A DNA stretch of 63,966 bases, filler included, from Salisapilia sapeloensis CBS 127946 (Eukaryota > Protista > Oomycota): NCBI GenBank assembly GCA_023334545.1. It is 4 parts of 4 records of this genome, joined end to end, with 100 filler letters (N's around TTAATTAATTAA, not from the genome) between each part and the next. Parts side by side here need not be neighbours in the genome. Positions count along the whole stretch, not along the records: positions 17,308 to 42,566 come from JAADVB010000253.1; positions 42,667 to 62,767 come from JAADVB010000302.1; 2 more parts are not named here. One strand, 5' to 3'. The position numbers and the translations under genes are program-made. Numbering within the stretch: position 1 is the first letter of the stretch; the number at the start of each line of letters is the position of its first letter. Positions 31,361 through 42,985 of the stretch are shown piece after piece. The notes beneath the pieces are model-generated. The model was not told the DNA's origin. It searched no databases and saw only the letters and a program-made list of their open reading frames with translations.

Positions 31361-34300
31361 CTATTCCTCCTTTACCTCCTTTTCCTCCTTTTCCTCTTCC
31401 ACATCCTTCTTTTCTTCACCCTCGTCCGTCTTGGGTTTCTTCACAGGCGACTCAGTACCTTCCGGTGCCGATCGCTTCGCAGCACCAGTCGATGTCAACG
31501 ACACAACGTTTGACGGATTCGATCCACTCGCGGCACCGAATCGCGCCAAACGAGCATTCAATTTCTTCTCATCTACCGCATCCGACTCCTTACTCTCGGT
31601 CGCGCTGCTTCCCGCCGATACTGTCGGAGACGACGGAACCGGAAGAGCAATACCCGGCTTTCCAAACACCAAATTGCTCGCACTACCCGATCCGAACGTG
31701 ACATTTTCACTCAATGAAGTCGTGGTCGTGGTCGTCGCTGGAGCTGTCGTCTTAGCTGCAGCCTTCGCCGGTTTCGCCAGTCGGTTCTTAAACGATTGGA
31801 GCGCAACTAATCGCAACTGGGCTTCTGCATCCGACTCACTATCCTCTTTACTCTCCTTGACACTCGAAGCAGGCGTAAATGCCGGCGCTTCCGAGTTCAA
31901 TGTCGGTTTCGGCGTCCCGCCCACAGGTTGCGCCGTCACTACTGTGCTAGTCGTCGCTGTTACAGGTGTGGATGACACCGGCGGCGATGGCGTGAATGAT
32001 GAACTCACAGTTGTACTAAATGAACTCGACTTTTTCTCCGGTACAGCTTCACTCGTCTCCATCGATGTTGAAGGCACGAGAGGAACAGACGCACTCGTCA
32101 TCGTGCCACTAGACGCTGCTGTATGTACAATAGAAGATGTAGCAGTAGAAGACACAGGAGCTGTACTGGTACTAGTACTAGTACTATCCTCCGTCGCAGC
32201 AACAGTCGACGGAGTAGATGTTTCTGGTACACTAGTGGTACTATCAGATACCGTCGAAATGACCTTGGAAGGCGTCGTGGAAGTACTCTCCGTACTACTC
32301 GCAGCCTTCACCTCACCTGCTGCACTGGCTGATGTCGACGTGCTAGGAGCAGAAGTTGTTGGCAACGACACTCCAGTCGTACTCGCACTGGGAACAGAGG
32401 TCGATGCAACTGGTACTTCACTGGTAATAGGCGCTTCTGCAGACTTCGAAGCCTCCTTGGCCGTCGTCGAGGGCTCTTTGGCCAGCATCTTCACTGGCGT
32501 AGTAGTCGGTACCGTCGTCCCACTCGGTTTGGACACAGGAATCTGCGTGGCAGCAGTTGACTGTCCACTAGCGGTCGATGGTACAATCTTACTCGGTACA
32601 TTCGCCTTGCTCTGCGTCGACACCGGTGCCGACACTCCTGTACTTGCACCAGTCGACGCCGCCGGCACCTTAGCCTTAGCAGCCGGTCGCTGTGTCGCCT
32701 TCCCAGCCAACGGCGGCAGTCCAGTCTTCTTCTCTGCCTGCTGCAACTTGTTCTTAAGCTCTGCATTCTCCTTCTTACTCGCTCTAACGCCATTCATCAA
32801 ACTTTTATTCAACTCCTTGAGCTGATGCACTTTATCCTCCAATGCCTTCGTTTCGCTCGCACTCGACGTCTCCTTGAGCTGTGTCTCCAATGCACTCACC
32901 TGTGCATTCTTCTCACTCACAGTTGCATTCAACTCCTGTGCTTTCTGTTTCCAGTTCTTCGCAAACGTCTTGATCTTATCATACTGCTCTCTCCATTTCG
33001 TCGTATTGGCATCTTCATCCATCTTTTCCTTCTTCAGCCGTTCAATCTCGTCTTCCAATTGCTTCACTTGTCCTTGCAAAGCTTCATGTTCCACCGGATC
33101 AATTTGCTGATACTTGTCCACCAACTGCGACACACGTTGCTTCCACTTATCATTACTCTGCTGCATGAATGACACTTCATCTTCCAAAGCAGACACCTTA
33201 GCTTCCAATTCCTCCTTCTGTGTCTTCAGAGGAGATACCTGCTCTTTGTAACTAGACACTTGTGCCTCTCGGCTCTTCATCTTCGTCGTCAAGTCCTTGA
33301 CTTGACTACGTAAAGTGGCATTCGACTCTCGAAGAAGACTTAACTGCTCGAGACTTTCTCGACTCTCCTCCATCTCCTGTGGACTAGTACTAGACACTTG
33401 TGCACGTAAGCGCTTGACACTCGCCTCCAACGTCTCCACCTGCGTCTCTAAACGCACCTTGTCGTCACTCGCCACTTGCTGCAGCGCATGCAGCCGATCA
33501 TTCTCCTTCTTCAGGTACGTCACCAACGACGTCAGTTCTGACGAATCCCCAGTCTCCTGTCCCTTAAGCTGAGCAGCCGTCGTCTCCAGCTGTCGATACA
33601 AGAGATCCTGTTGCTCCTGCAGCTCCTTCCGTGCCGTCTGGACCTCTTCTAACTGCGTCTCCATCGCCTCCACCTTTTTCTTCCATCCATCCTCTTGTGT
33701 CTTCAGTCGTTCTTCCAACGTCTGCACCTGCATCTTGAGCTCTCGACTCTTACTCTTACTCTTCCGTACTTGCTCCTGAAGATCCTTGGAACTCGTCATC
33801 GTCTCGGAATGCAACATCAACTCTCGTTCATACTTGTCTTGCGTCGCCTCGACCTTGCTCTTCATCTCGTCTTTCTTTTGTTTCAGCGCATTCTTTTCTT
33901 TCGTCAGATGCTCAATCTGTTGCTCCAACGTCTCTTTTTCCTGTTCAGAAGACTTGACACGACGTACGAGGTCATCCATGTCAGTACGAACTTGATTCTC
34001 TTCTGTCATACGAGTCTTCATCTCACTCTGCATCGAATGTACACGAGATACGAGTGCATTCTTCTCTTGCGATACAAGATGCAGACGCATCTGTAACTCA
34101 TGATGACGCGTCTTACAACTCTCTTCACGATCCTTCCAGCTCGTTTCATATGACGACAAGAGATCCTTGTATCGACTGACATTCGACATATGCGTATGGA
34201 TGCTCTTGCAAGCCTTATCACGTTCCGTCTTGACGATCTCGAGCTCCGACTCGAGGGAAGAGACCTTGGCAGAAGTAGCAGAAGGGAGACCTTGCTTCAT

Positions 34301-36926
34301 CCAATTGTCCATCTTGTCCTTTTCTCCTTCCAGACGCTTTATCGTCTTGTCATACGTCTCGATCTTTTCCGATAAGAGAGACACTTGATGCGTCTGGGAC
34401 GTCTTCTCCTCTTGCAATTTAGACACTTGCTTCTCCAACTGCTTCTTCTCCTGTTCCAACGACAAGATACGTGCGTGATACGTCGTCTCATTCGTCTGCA
34501 TCTTCTCCTCCACCTGTCGACGCAACGCCGTCGCTTCCTCCACTTGTGTCTGCAGTCGATGCATCTCCTTTTCATCTCTCGCTTCTCGCATCTCCTCTGC
34601 CTTTCGCGCATGTTCCATCAATTGCAACAACCTCGAACTCTCATCTCGTGCTCGAACCACCTCCTTCTGCTTCTCCTCTATACTCCTTTCATACGAAGCA
34701 ACTTGTTCCTTGCAACTCTTCATCTCCATCGATAGACGCTGGTTTTCATAACGTACATCTGAGAGTTTCTCCTCTTGTTCCGACAATACTTTCTCCCGCT
34801 TCACCTCTTGCGACGACAATGTCGACACTTGTACTTGTAATCTCTCCTTGTCCTTCTGCATCTCCTCCAAACTAGTCGATAGAGACGTCGATTTATCCTC
34901 CAACAGACGTACTTGCGTCTCCAATTCCACTCGACGTAGATTCAATCGATGTTTTTCATCTCGAAGCACTTGGTTCTGACTATCTAAGAGCTCATACGAC
35001 TTACGACTCTCCTTCTTATACTCCTCCAACTCTTGCTGGGCGTCACTTCCGATAGATGGCACGACTGTTGGCTCTGTAGGTAGACTCGATGCGTCGTGTT
35101 GAGATAGAAGAGACCGGTACATGTCTCTCTGCTTGACAATGCGATCGATCACGTCCTTCTCTTCCTCTCGAGCTTTACGAAGCTCTTCTAATTGACGATA
35201 CGCGTCTTGTAGTTTCTCATTCGAAGTATCTTCCATCGACATGACACGCTCTTCATTCGAATCATCGGATGGTACGAGAGCCTTGAGCTCTTCGACATAA
35301 GCACGTAACATCTCGTTCTTCTCCTGCAACTGCTTGACATTATCAAAACGAATCATATCTGTCGAATCGATCGACTTTGTCTCCGTCTCTTCATGTGGAC
35401 GGAATAAAAGATGTTGTATCTGGTCACTCATCTGAAGCTTACTCGTCTCTAAGACACTCACACGAGACCTTAGTTCTTTACATTCCTTCTCCAACTGATG
35501 CTTCTGCCCTTGACACGTCGTCAATTGATTCATCGTGACATCCAGACGATCACTTAGGTACGAATATTCTTGCTGAAGACGAGCATGGTCCATACGAAGT
35601 GACATGATGATCGGAGCCTTCTCCTGCACTTCTTTCACGATCTGATCTAAATACGTCTGCACTTGTTCCTTCTCGTCCGTTACTTGCACCACTTGATCCT
35701 GGAGCTTAGTTGCTTCAGACATCAACTGCTGCTTCGTATAGTGCGCATACGTAGCTGAAGGAGAGACTTGATGCTCGACAATCGCTCTGTCGAGATTAGA
35801 CGAACTAGATGCTTCCTTTGCCTTTACAAGCTCCTCTTCTAACGCTCGAATGCGTTCCTCCGATCGACTACTTTGCTCTCGGAAGAGACTTTCGACTTCA
35901 TCTTTCATCGTCTGCTTCTCCTCTTCCTTCTGTGCTTCAGCTTGAGCTAATTGCGATCGAAGACGCTCACATACAGACTGGAGATCACGAATCTGTCCAT
36001 TCGCGTCTTCCGAACTGGACTTGTATAGCTCGACGAGACGTGTTTGTGATCGGATTTCTTGCTTATAATTCTCTTCTGCACTTAGGAATTGTGCATTCGT
36101 TTCTCGAAGAGATTCTCGAGCATCAATAAGTTCTCGATCGACCTTTTGATATTGTTGACGAGCATTCGCAAGTTGTTTTTCGAGAGAAGTGTACTCTTCG
36201 GACTTATCACGACGTAAATCTTCGACTTCATCCGATTGATTCAATACTTGTTGACGTAAACGATGGATTTCACCATTCTTCGCTTCCACTTGACTATGAA
36301 GCTCCGTCACTTGTGACTCTAAGCTTTCGACACGCGCCTCAAGACGTTCCTTCGCGGAGGACAAAGGTGTGAATTGAGACTCGAGCTCTGTGGCACGAGC
36401 CACAGCTTTTGACTCTTCCTTCTGAGACTCTAATAGACGAGCACGCTGGTCTTTCGTATACGCCTGGAGCTCTTCAATCTCAATGAGACGACGCTCTGCA
36501 AGCGCTCGAGCGTTCTGGAGCTTGTGATCTAATTGCTGCTTTTCTAAAGATGCAGTCGAAGCTTCTTCCTTGTACTTAGTCTGGAGCTCATTATCTGACG
36601 AGATGGATGCTTTCGTACGCTCCAACTCGTTTTCTATCAAGCATGTGAGCACGGTGTCGTAGGGAGATATTAGTCAAGATCAAACGTACGAGTACGATCC
36701 AATTCAGTTCGCAGCTTTTTACGTGCATCCTCCGATACTTCTAACTCACTCTGAAGGTGAACGTACTTAGATTCGAGCTCATGTAGACGTTGTTCTAATC
36801 ACAAATCGTTCAATAATAGCTCTTGTGGATGCAAATAAAGAATGCACGAAAGGAGATTAGGAGGGTTCATCTACCTTGATTCACGGCCGCAGCCTCTTCC
36901 TTGGCCTCCTGAGCATCCGTCGACAT
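31361..36926 (-). CDS. TPR: Nuclear basket nucleoporin TPR/Mlp1; short 5' exons plus one very large exon
   Basis: Over 1,700 aa of coiled coil with TPR-conserved motifs IVKEVQEKAPII, FDNVKQLQEKNEMLR, IVKQRDMYRSLL and QDKYERELMLH...QQDLLYRQLE (TPR/MLP1/2 domain). Ser/Thr-rich tail with FG motifs. Likely start MSTDAQEAKEE at 36926. Confidence 0.88.
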
Positions 36927-38107
36927 ACTTGTGGACGTATGCAAACGCACGTATAGGCCACTAGCAACGGTCGGACGCGGTGTACTCCTTCCGCCTTCTT
37001 CGGTCCCAAACTTGGTGCGAACGGAGCAGGATATGCCGTATTTAGCTGGACATTATATAGTGATTTTTATATAATAATGTCCGAATAAAGGGAAGATGTA
37101 AAGGATGGCAGTATATGTTTTATCGGTTTCACATACTGCCACGTTGTCAGCAGAAGCTTTCTGGTCATCTACCTGCATGCAAGTCATCATCTTTATACCT
37201 TTGCTTGTGGTGATACTATAGATACGTGATAGAGAATACACTGTGCGTTGCCCTACGGCTGTGAATAGCTTTTTTATTATGATATGCGAATGCTTTATGT
37301 ACATTCACTCTTTCGACAAGTACATCTTGATGTTTCTTGCTACTCGTCTACTCGTGTAGTATCTAGACTACTCTTGTTACCACGTCCTTGTAAAAGTTTG
37401 TCGATACAATCTTCTTCTTTGATCGCAGTAAACAGTGTTCATGCTGAATAGCACTCCTAAATCAATGGCCTACTCGAGTTCAATGCTTTTACTCCTTTAC
37501 TACGAATGCAGGCACCAACGCAGAAGGAAAGAATGTGCTCAGCTGCTGACTGCACGGTCGTAGAAATAGCATGACAGAGACTTTCGCTCTATATCCATCA
37601 CAAGGCTGATTATGTATTCCAATCATTGGATACCGACTTAGAGAGGAATATCAGCGGAATATATACGTGGAAACCTAGTGACCCCGTTTTCGTTTGATGA
37701 AAGGATCCATTGAAATGGATCTAATGCAGTAGCATAAAGCTTCCTCTCGCACAACATCGATACAACTAGGTATATAATGAATAGAAACTCGGTGAAGGCA
37801 TCGTGTCTTTCGTGATATCAAGTTTAAAGGAAAGAAACGAGAGGATCATAACAGTACAAATGACTACAGCAAATATGCTAACGAAGATATATACAATGAG
37901 TATCAAGACGTGATCTAATCTCACCCATGCCTTCCTGCGAGTGTATCCTGCTTACGTGATTGTATGAATTTCTATGCGTCAGCGCTATAAGGCATGTCAG
38001 ATGGTCGATGAGATTCACGTAACGGTCATCGCTTTATTACACAAGACAAATCTTTCATCTGTACTCATCCATTTCCAGTTTCCCCCCTCTCCTATCAAGC
38101 ACTCAGC

Positions 38108-39469
38108 ATGCGCTTCCTAATAATTGCTTTACTGTCTACGCTTTCATCCATTGAAAGCTGTAGTGACTTTCGATATAACTCGACGCCTGATGACGCTTCC
38201 ATCTTGAGCGGCCGCACGATGGATTTTGTTCCCGACTTAGAGACCTTAATTGAAATCGTACCTCGCGGTACTAGTATGCAAGAACCTCCGATCCGAGGCT
38301 GCGCCAATTGTCCAGACTATGGATGGGAATCCAAGTACGGCTTCGTTGCTATGAATGTCTTCGGTGTAAACGTCGCAACGGATGGACTGAATGAAAAAGG
38401 TCTATCCGCTGGATGGCTGTACCTCACCGGTTCCAAGTACCCCATACCAGAGGCCACTGAACCCGACCACGAGGTGTCTCCTTTTGACCCGGAAGCGTCA
38501 CCAAAGGAAATCCCAGTCGTTACGTCCACATGTACCTACTTCCTCGGCAACTTTGCCACTGTCCAAGAAGTAAAAGACGCTATAAAGAACCATGACATCC
38601 AGATTGCAGCAGTGGACGTATCAGCTGTATCCATCCTACGGGCACATACGGACGCATACTCGGTGGATGGTTCTCAACTGCATGTATCCGTGCATGACGC
38701 AACAGGCGCCAATCTCGTTCTTGAGTTCCTGGATGGAAAACTGCGCATGTATGACAACCTGAATAATGTGCTTACGAATGATCCTCCGTTACAAGAGCAA
38801 TTGAAACTATTGAAAGAACATGGTCTAAAGCATCTTCCTGGTGGATACGAACCAGCAGATCGTTTCCAACGCCTCTCCCTCCTGAACCATGCTGCGTCTG
38901 TGTACGGGTACAAGACGTTGAACAATCATGACGACGTTACGTACTTGCAAGCAACGAAGAAGCAACGGCAAGTGTCGGATGTTGTGCACATTCTTAACAC
39001 CGTTGAGCTTCCAACTTTAGCGGCAACGCAATGGACACTTGTACATGACCATACGGACAAGGCTCTCTACTTCCGTAGCACGATGAACTTTGTTCTTCGT
39101 AAGATTGATCTTTCTATAATCGATTTCTCCCACGGACAACCTCGACAAGCGATACCGGTGACGATGGGTGACTGGCATGTTGACCTGACGCCTGCATTAG
39201 TGTCCACGGACAACCAGTTGCATACATCTGACTTGCCATCTCGATCCCAAATTTTGGCTTTAAAGAAAGGAGAAACGGATGCTTCTTTAAAAGAATTGGT
39301 GAAAACAAGCTACTCGTCTGTAGAAGCAAAAGGCTCAAGCAGCTTACGTGACTTAGTGTTGGTCCTCGCTGGGGTGGTCGTTGGCGTCGCCGTCACAATG
39401 ATCGTTGCTCATCGACGCACAATTCAAAGCAAACTGTTCAAGAAGCAGAGTTACCAGGACATCGCGTAA
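38108..39469 (+). CDS. Secreted, C-terminally membrane-anchored Ntn-hydrolase of the choloylglycine hydrolase/penicillin V acylase (C59) family
   Basis: Signal peptide ending IES immediately before CSDF (N-terminal Cys nucleophile); GRTMDF; DGLNEKGL; HDATG; VLTNDPP; LPGGYEPADRF; TQWT...D...LYF; TM LVLVLAGVVVGVAVTMIVA near the C-terminus. Confidence 0.88.
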   Translation: MRFLIIALLSTLSSIESCSDFRYNSTPDDASILSGRTMDFVPDLETLIEIVPRGTSMQEPPIRGCANCPDYGWESKYGFVAMNVFGVNVATDGLNEKGLSAGWLYLTGSKYPIPEATEPDHEVSPFDPEASPKEIPVVTSTCTYFLGNFATVQEVKDAIKNHDIQIAAVDVSAVSILRAHTDAYSVDGSQLHVSVHDATGANLVLEFLDGKLRMYDNLNNVLTNDPPLQEQLKLLKEHGLKHLPGGYEPADRFQRLSLLNHAASVYGYKTLNNHDDVTYLQATKKQRQVSDVVHILNTVELPTLAATQWTLVHDHTDKALYFRSTMNFVLRKIDLSIIDFSHGQPRQAIPVTMGDWHVDLTPALVSTDNQLHTSDLPSRSQILALKKGETDASLKELVKTSYSSVEAKGSSSLRDLVLVLAGVVVGVAVTMIVAHRRTIQSKLFKKQSYQDIA

Positions 39470-39924
39470 GAGCTACGAAATGATAAGTAGACTACTAAAA
39501 TCCGAGAGTCTAATGAATTTGTCATTACACTAGTAAATACATCTACTACGTTCGTACGTATAGGTTAAATATTCTCATCACTAAGTGACAGTAGTTGTGG
39601 TTTCTACTTGTCCTGTATGGTCATGAATAAGATTTAAAAGTAGGAATAAATATGTATTTCCATCCATTTACTTTTATATCGCGCATTTTATTCATCAAGT
39701 ACAAATGTACTCGGCTAGACAAGGTAATTAACCTCTTCAGTCGATCAAGATATCTTTATACAAGTACAGATATAGTCACTAGAAACAAGAGAATCTATGC
39801 ATTCCTACTAGAAGCAAATATGAAGAAAGGAATGAAATGAGAAAACCATTCAGTTGCATTCGACTAGAAACGACTTTGCTTCTCCAGCATTCACTTTCAG
39901 CTGGCAAACGGCACATGATCCGTC

Positions 39925-40119
39925 TTACCAATTGTACCATATCGGCCAGCCACCACGATGCGGATATCCAATCGACTCTTTTCCGCTGGAACCTTCAGGA
40001 TCTTCTTCATTGGCTAAAGATGCTGCAGCCGATTCCAAGTTTCCACGAAGGTTGTCTTCGGCTTGGATGCCACTCATAGCACCGACGAGTCCGAGGAGAA
40101 GAAGAGCTGTCTTGAACAT
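39925..40119 (-). CDS. 64-aa secreted peptide precursor (peptide A)
   Basis: MFKTALLLLGLVGAMSGIQA-EDNLRG...EEDPEGSSGK-ESIGYPHRGGWPIWYNW*. Signal peptide, acidic pro-region, and a C-terminus shared with peptide B. Confidence 0.85.
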   Translation of the reverse strand: MFKTALLLLGLVGAMSGIQAEDNLRGNLESAAASLANEEDPEGSSGKESIGYPHRGGWPIWYNW

Positions 40120-40158
40120 CTTGTAGCTTATAGAGAATTAAAGCTTGAGCTGTCGAGC

Positions 40159-40175
40159 GCAAATTTGAGAATGAA
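40159..40175 (-). promoter_or_regulatory. Inr+FPR core promoter of the peptide A gene
   Basis: TTCATTCTCAAATTTGC on the minus strand, about 40 nt upstream of the ATG at 40119. A related CCATTCTCAAAAAT (41117-41104) precedes peptide B. Confidence 0.65.
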
Positions 40176-40867
40176 GAGAAGGATGCAAGTCGGCTTTAAG
40201 GCAGCCTATTGCTATGGCTGTCGTAAACTATCACGTATGACACAGTATGCACTGCCTCTATTCTAATATCTCTTGCTATCTACTTGGCATCTAGCTATGC
40301 GAAAGAAGTACATAGAGAAGTACAGGTCGATGGTCACATGTCCATAATCCTAGGTCTACAAGTGTAATCTTGATTGGAAACAACATGGGATAGATAGGAG
40401 TAAATTGCAGTTGCGGAATCCCTTGATTGACCCAAGAAGGCAGAGGGGTAACAGCAAGATGCAGCGAAAGCAATGTTACTAGAGGTTACCGACCGAAGTT
40501 GACTTTGCCTTCAATGCACACGTTTCTACCACGTCGATATACATGTACAAGAGAAAAGATATCTTTCCGGTAATCTTACCGATGGGAACACATCCAAGGT
40601 AGAAATAAAATAGCAATTCTTGGTTTCTCTTTAGATAGTGACACTGTGTCGATCATCAACCGTTACTAGACGCCTCGAGAAGCATTTGCATCAGTACTCT
40701 GCAGTCGCAGTATCTCAACCGAAGAACACTGATAATCAACAACAAAAAGAATAATGTGCGGAAATGATAATGAAGATCTGGAAAGTCAACTTCATTCCAT
40801 TTAGCGCTACGATTACTTCTTGTTGCTTCCATTACGCGTGCACGGTCATAATGATGGTCTTCTTGCT

Positions 40868-41071
40868 TTACCAATATGGCCACCAAGGCATTCCATTGCG
40901 TTGAGGATAGCCAATGCTTTCGTGCATACCAGAGCTTTCCGATACGTTCGAAAATAATATTTTGAGCGTGTCGAGCCCTTCGACGTCCGGCTCGCTTCGG
41001 AGATAGACGTCTGCTTGAGCGATAAAGGTTGCGATAGAAAGATAAGCGCAGAGTAGAAACGCCTTCATCAT
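40868..41071 (-). CDS. 67-aa secreted peptide precursor (peptide B), paralogue of peptide A
   Basis: MMKAFLLCAYLSIATFIAQA-DVYLRS...SESSGMH-ESIGYPQRNGMPWWPYW*. Confidence 0.85.
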   Translation of the reverse strand: MMKAFLLCAYLSIATFIAQADVYLRSEPDVEGLDTLKILFSNVSESSGMHESIGYPQRNGMPWWPYW

Positions 41072-41905
41072 CTTCAGATGCTGACGTGTGCGACCTTACT
41101 AGTATTTTTGAGAATGGTGCAAGGAAGGCAATGAGACCACCGGAAAGATCTCTATATCTTTAATGACAACGTTTCTTTTCCTTCGTGCGATCTACCCGAG
41201 TTCAATTGAAAGGGAAACATGCAGATAAGATCAACGGCTATGTTGTAGATAATTCGTTACCACATCTCCAATATGTCGAGAGAAAAGGGTAAGATGTTTC
41301 CGCTGGGATGCCCTATCTCAAATCGTTTCTATATTCATATGAACAAAGTAGCTATTTGCTCTCTACGCTTCAACATGGATTCTCATACATCATGTCACTA
41401 GTAGAACTCAGTATCACTATGATTACACGTAGGACAGTGGAAAATACATACGTCAACCAGGACAAGAAATTCATCCGTCAATTCATGTACAGAACGATTA
41501 GGCACGTATCGGCAGTTATAGGGGATGCGTGTGACTCTGCTATGGTAACTGTCATTTTCTGACCACACTTCATGAACCTTGATTAGAGATCCTGGACCGT
41601 GGGACTTATGACGAGCTAGTGAGAACAGACCACTTTCGATGCTGCTTGATATTAATATCATGTTATTCAAATTTCCATGCATCAACCGCCTAGTGTCATC
41701 TGGATTATACCATTGCCATTGGATTTCTAATCAAACCGATTCGGCGACAAAATACTGTCCAGTTCCTTCTCACCTTTGGACTTGAGAAAACATGGAACTT
41801 CGCGTACTAAAATAAAAACGATCAGACCATTCAGTATGACTCTTGTGATTCTCATTATTCAATTTCACTCGGATCCTCCATACCGCCAATTTCCATCGCT
41901 TTAAT

Positions 41906-42566
41906 ATGACTGAACATGAGTACGCGTCGGTACTAACACCGAGTGAGGCATCCAAGTCCAGTGGTTCAACTCCTTTGCCGATGCTAGGTACCTCAAGCGA
42001 TTCTTCACGTCCGTCGTTTGGTACTCGTGTACTTCGTGCTGGATACGCCGTTCGATGGAAACTAGCTGAGACCTTCTTCGGAAGACCGCTTCCGTTCCTC
42101 ACTTCTCGCTTCGATATCAAGCTTGGTGACCTGTTCATCACATTACCGATCATCGTCGTGACTTTAGCCGTGAATGCCATCAAGTGTAGCAATGGAGATG
42201 TCAAGCCTAGCGGTACCTTACCCAACATCTCTCTCATGCTCGTCGTGATCATGGCCATCCGGAACAACATCGTCCTCCACTTCTTAGCCGGCATGTCCTT
42301 TGAGCGAGCGTTGATGTACCATAAACTCATGGGTGTCATGACCCTCCTACTTGGAGCCTTACATGGTGCTTCTTACCTCGTCGCTAAAGATAATGATGGT
42401 AAGTGGAAAAGTGGTCTCCCCTTACTCATCCTCCTCGGTACCATCTTCCTCTTTGCGTTGCCTCCCATTCGACGCAAATTCTTTCACCTCTTCCTACCGA
42501 TGCACATCCTCCTCTTCGTTGCCATCGTCATCATCGCGTTGATCCACGCAGGTGGTCTTGTCATGG
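41906..42566 (+). CDS. Ferric reductase-like (FRE/NOX superfamily) transmembrane protein, 3' end cut by the gap
   Basis: IRNN...GMSFERALMYHK, LHG, RRKFFHLFLPMH and IHA give the four heme-ligand histidines of the ferric reductase TM domain. Confidence 0.85.
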
Positions 42567-42666
42567 NNNNNNNNNNNNNNNNNNNNNNNNNNNNNNNNNN
42601 NNNNNNNNNNTTAATTAATTAANNNNNNNNNNNNNNNNNNNNNNNNNNNNNNNNNNNNNNNNNNNN
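42567..42666. other. Artificial contig spacer
   Basis: N44-TTAATTAATTAA-N44. Confidence 0.97.
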
Positions 42667-42867
42667 AATCCAGCGTCAGCTGTCCCACGTTCCCATACGA
42701 GACCGCCGGCTACACCATATCAATCCAAGAGCATCAGCACTGTTCTCAAAATCAAAAGCGCTTCTTGGTAGTATCTTGTAAAAGCATAGACGTACCACAA
42801 CCAAGGTACTTCCGTGAAGGAGCTTCTCAGCGCTCGGATCGGCCGTCGGTGTCGGCACAAACTCCAT
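42667..42867 (-). CDS. PSMG2: Proteasome assembly chaperone 2 (PAC2/PSMG2) 5' end, copy 1, cut by the gap
   Basis: MEFVPTPTADPSAEKLLHGSTLVV, an 86-nt GTACGT...TAG intron, then PAVSYGNVGQLTLD, matching the PAC2 signature PAVSxGNVGQL. Confidence 0.75.
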
Positions 42868-42928
42868 CTCGTGCTTTGTGTCCAAATAAGCTTGTCAAAA
42901 GATGCATAATGGCCATAGAAACGAATAA
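42667..42928 (-). repeat. Left arm of a 262-bp inverted repeat bracketing the 42667-62767 contig
   Basis: Reverse complement of 62506-62767, with two mismatches seen by eye (42808 and 42819). Confidence 0.95.
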
Positions 42929-42985
42929 GATCCGGATAGTCGTACGACATCGTCTGGGGTCATTTTTAGTTTCACTCCGACCAGT

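Noticed and set aside
31251-32825. 524-aa plus-strand ORF rich in Val, Asp and Gly
   Set aside because: It is the antisense shadow of the low-complexity Ser/Thr/Ala tail of TPR and has no motifs of its own.
1-42566. A metal-uptake cluster linking MCO-ZIP, CIA2 and the ferric reductase
   Set aside because: The ferric reductase is on a different contig, and order across spacers is arbitrary.
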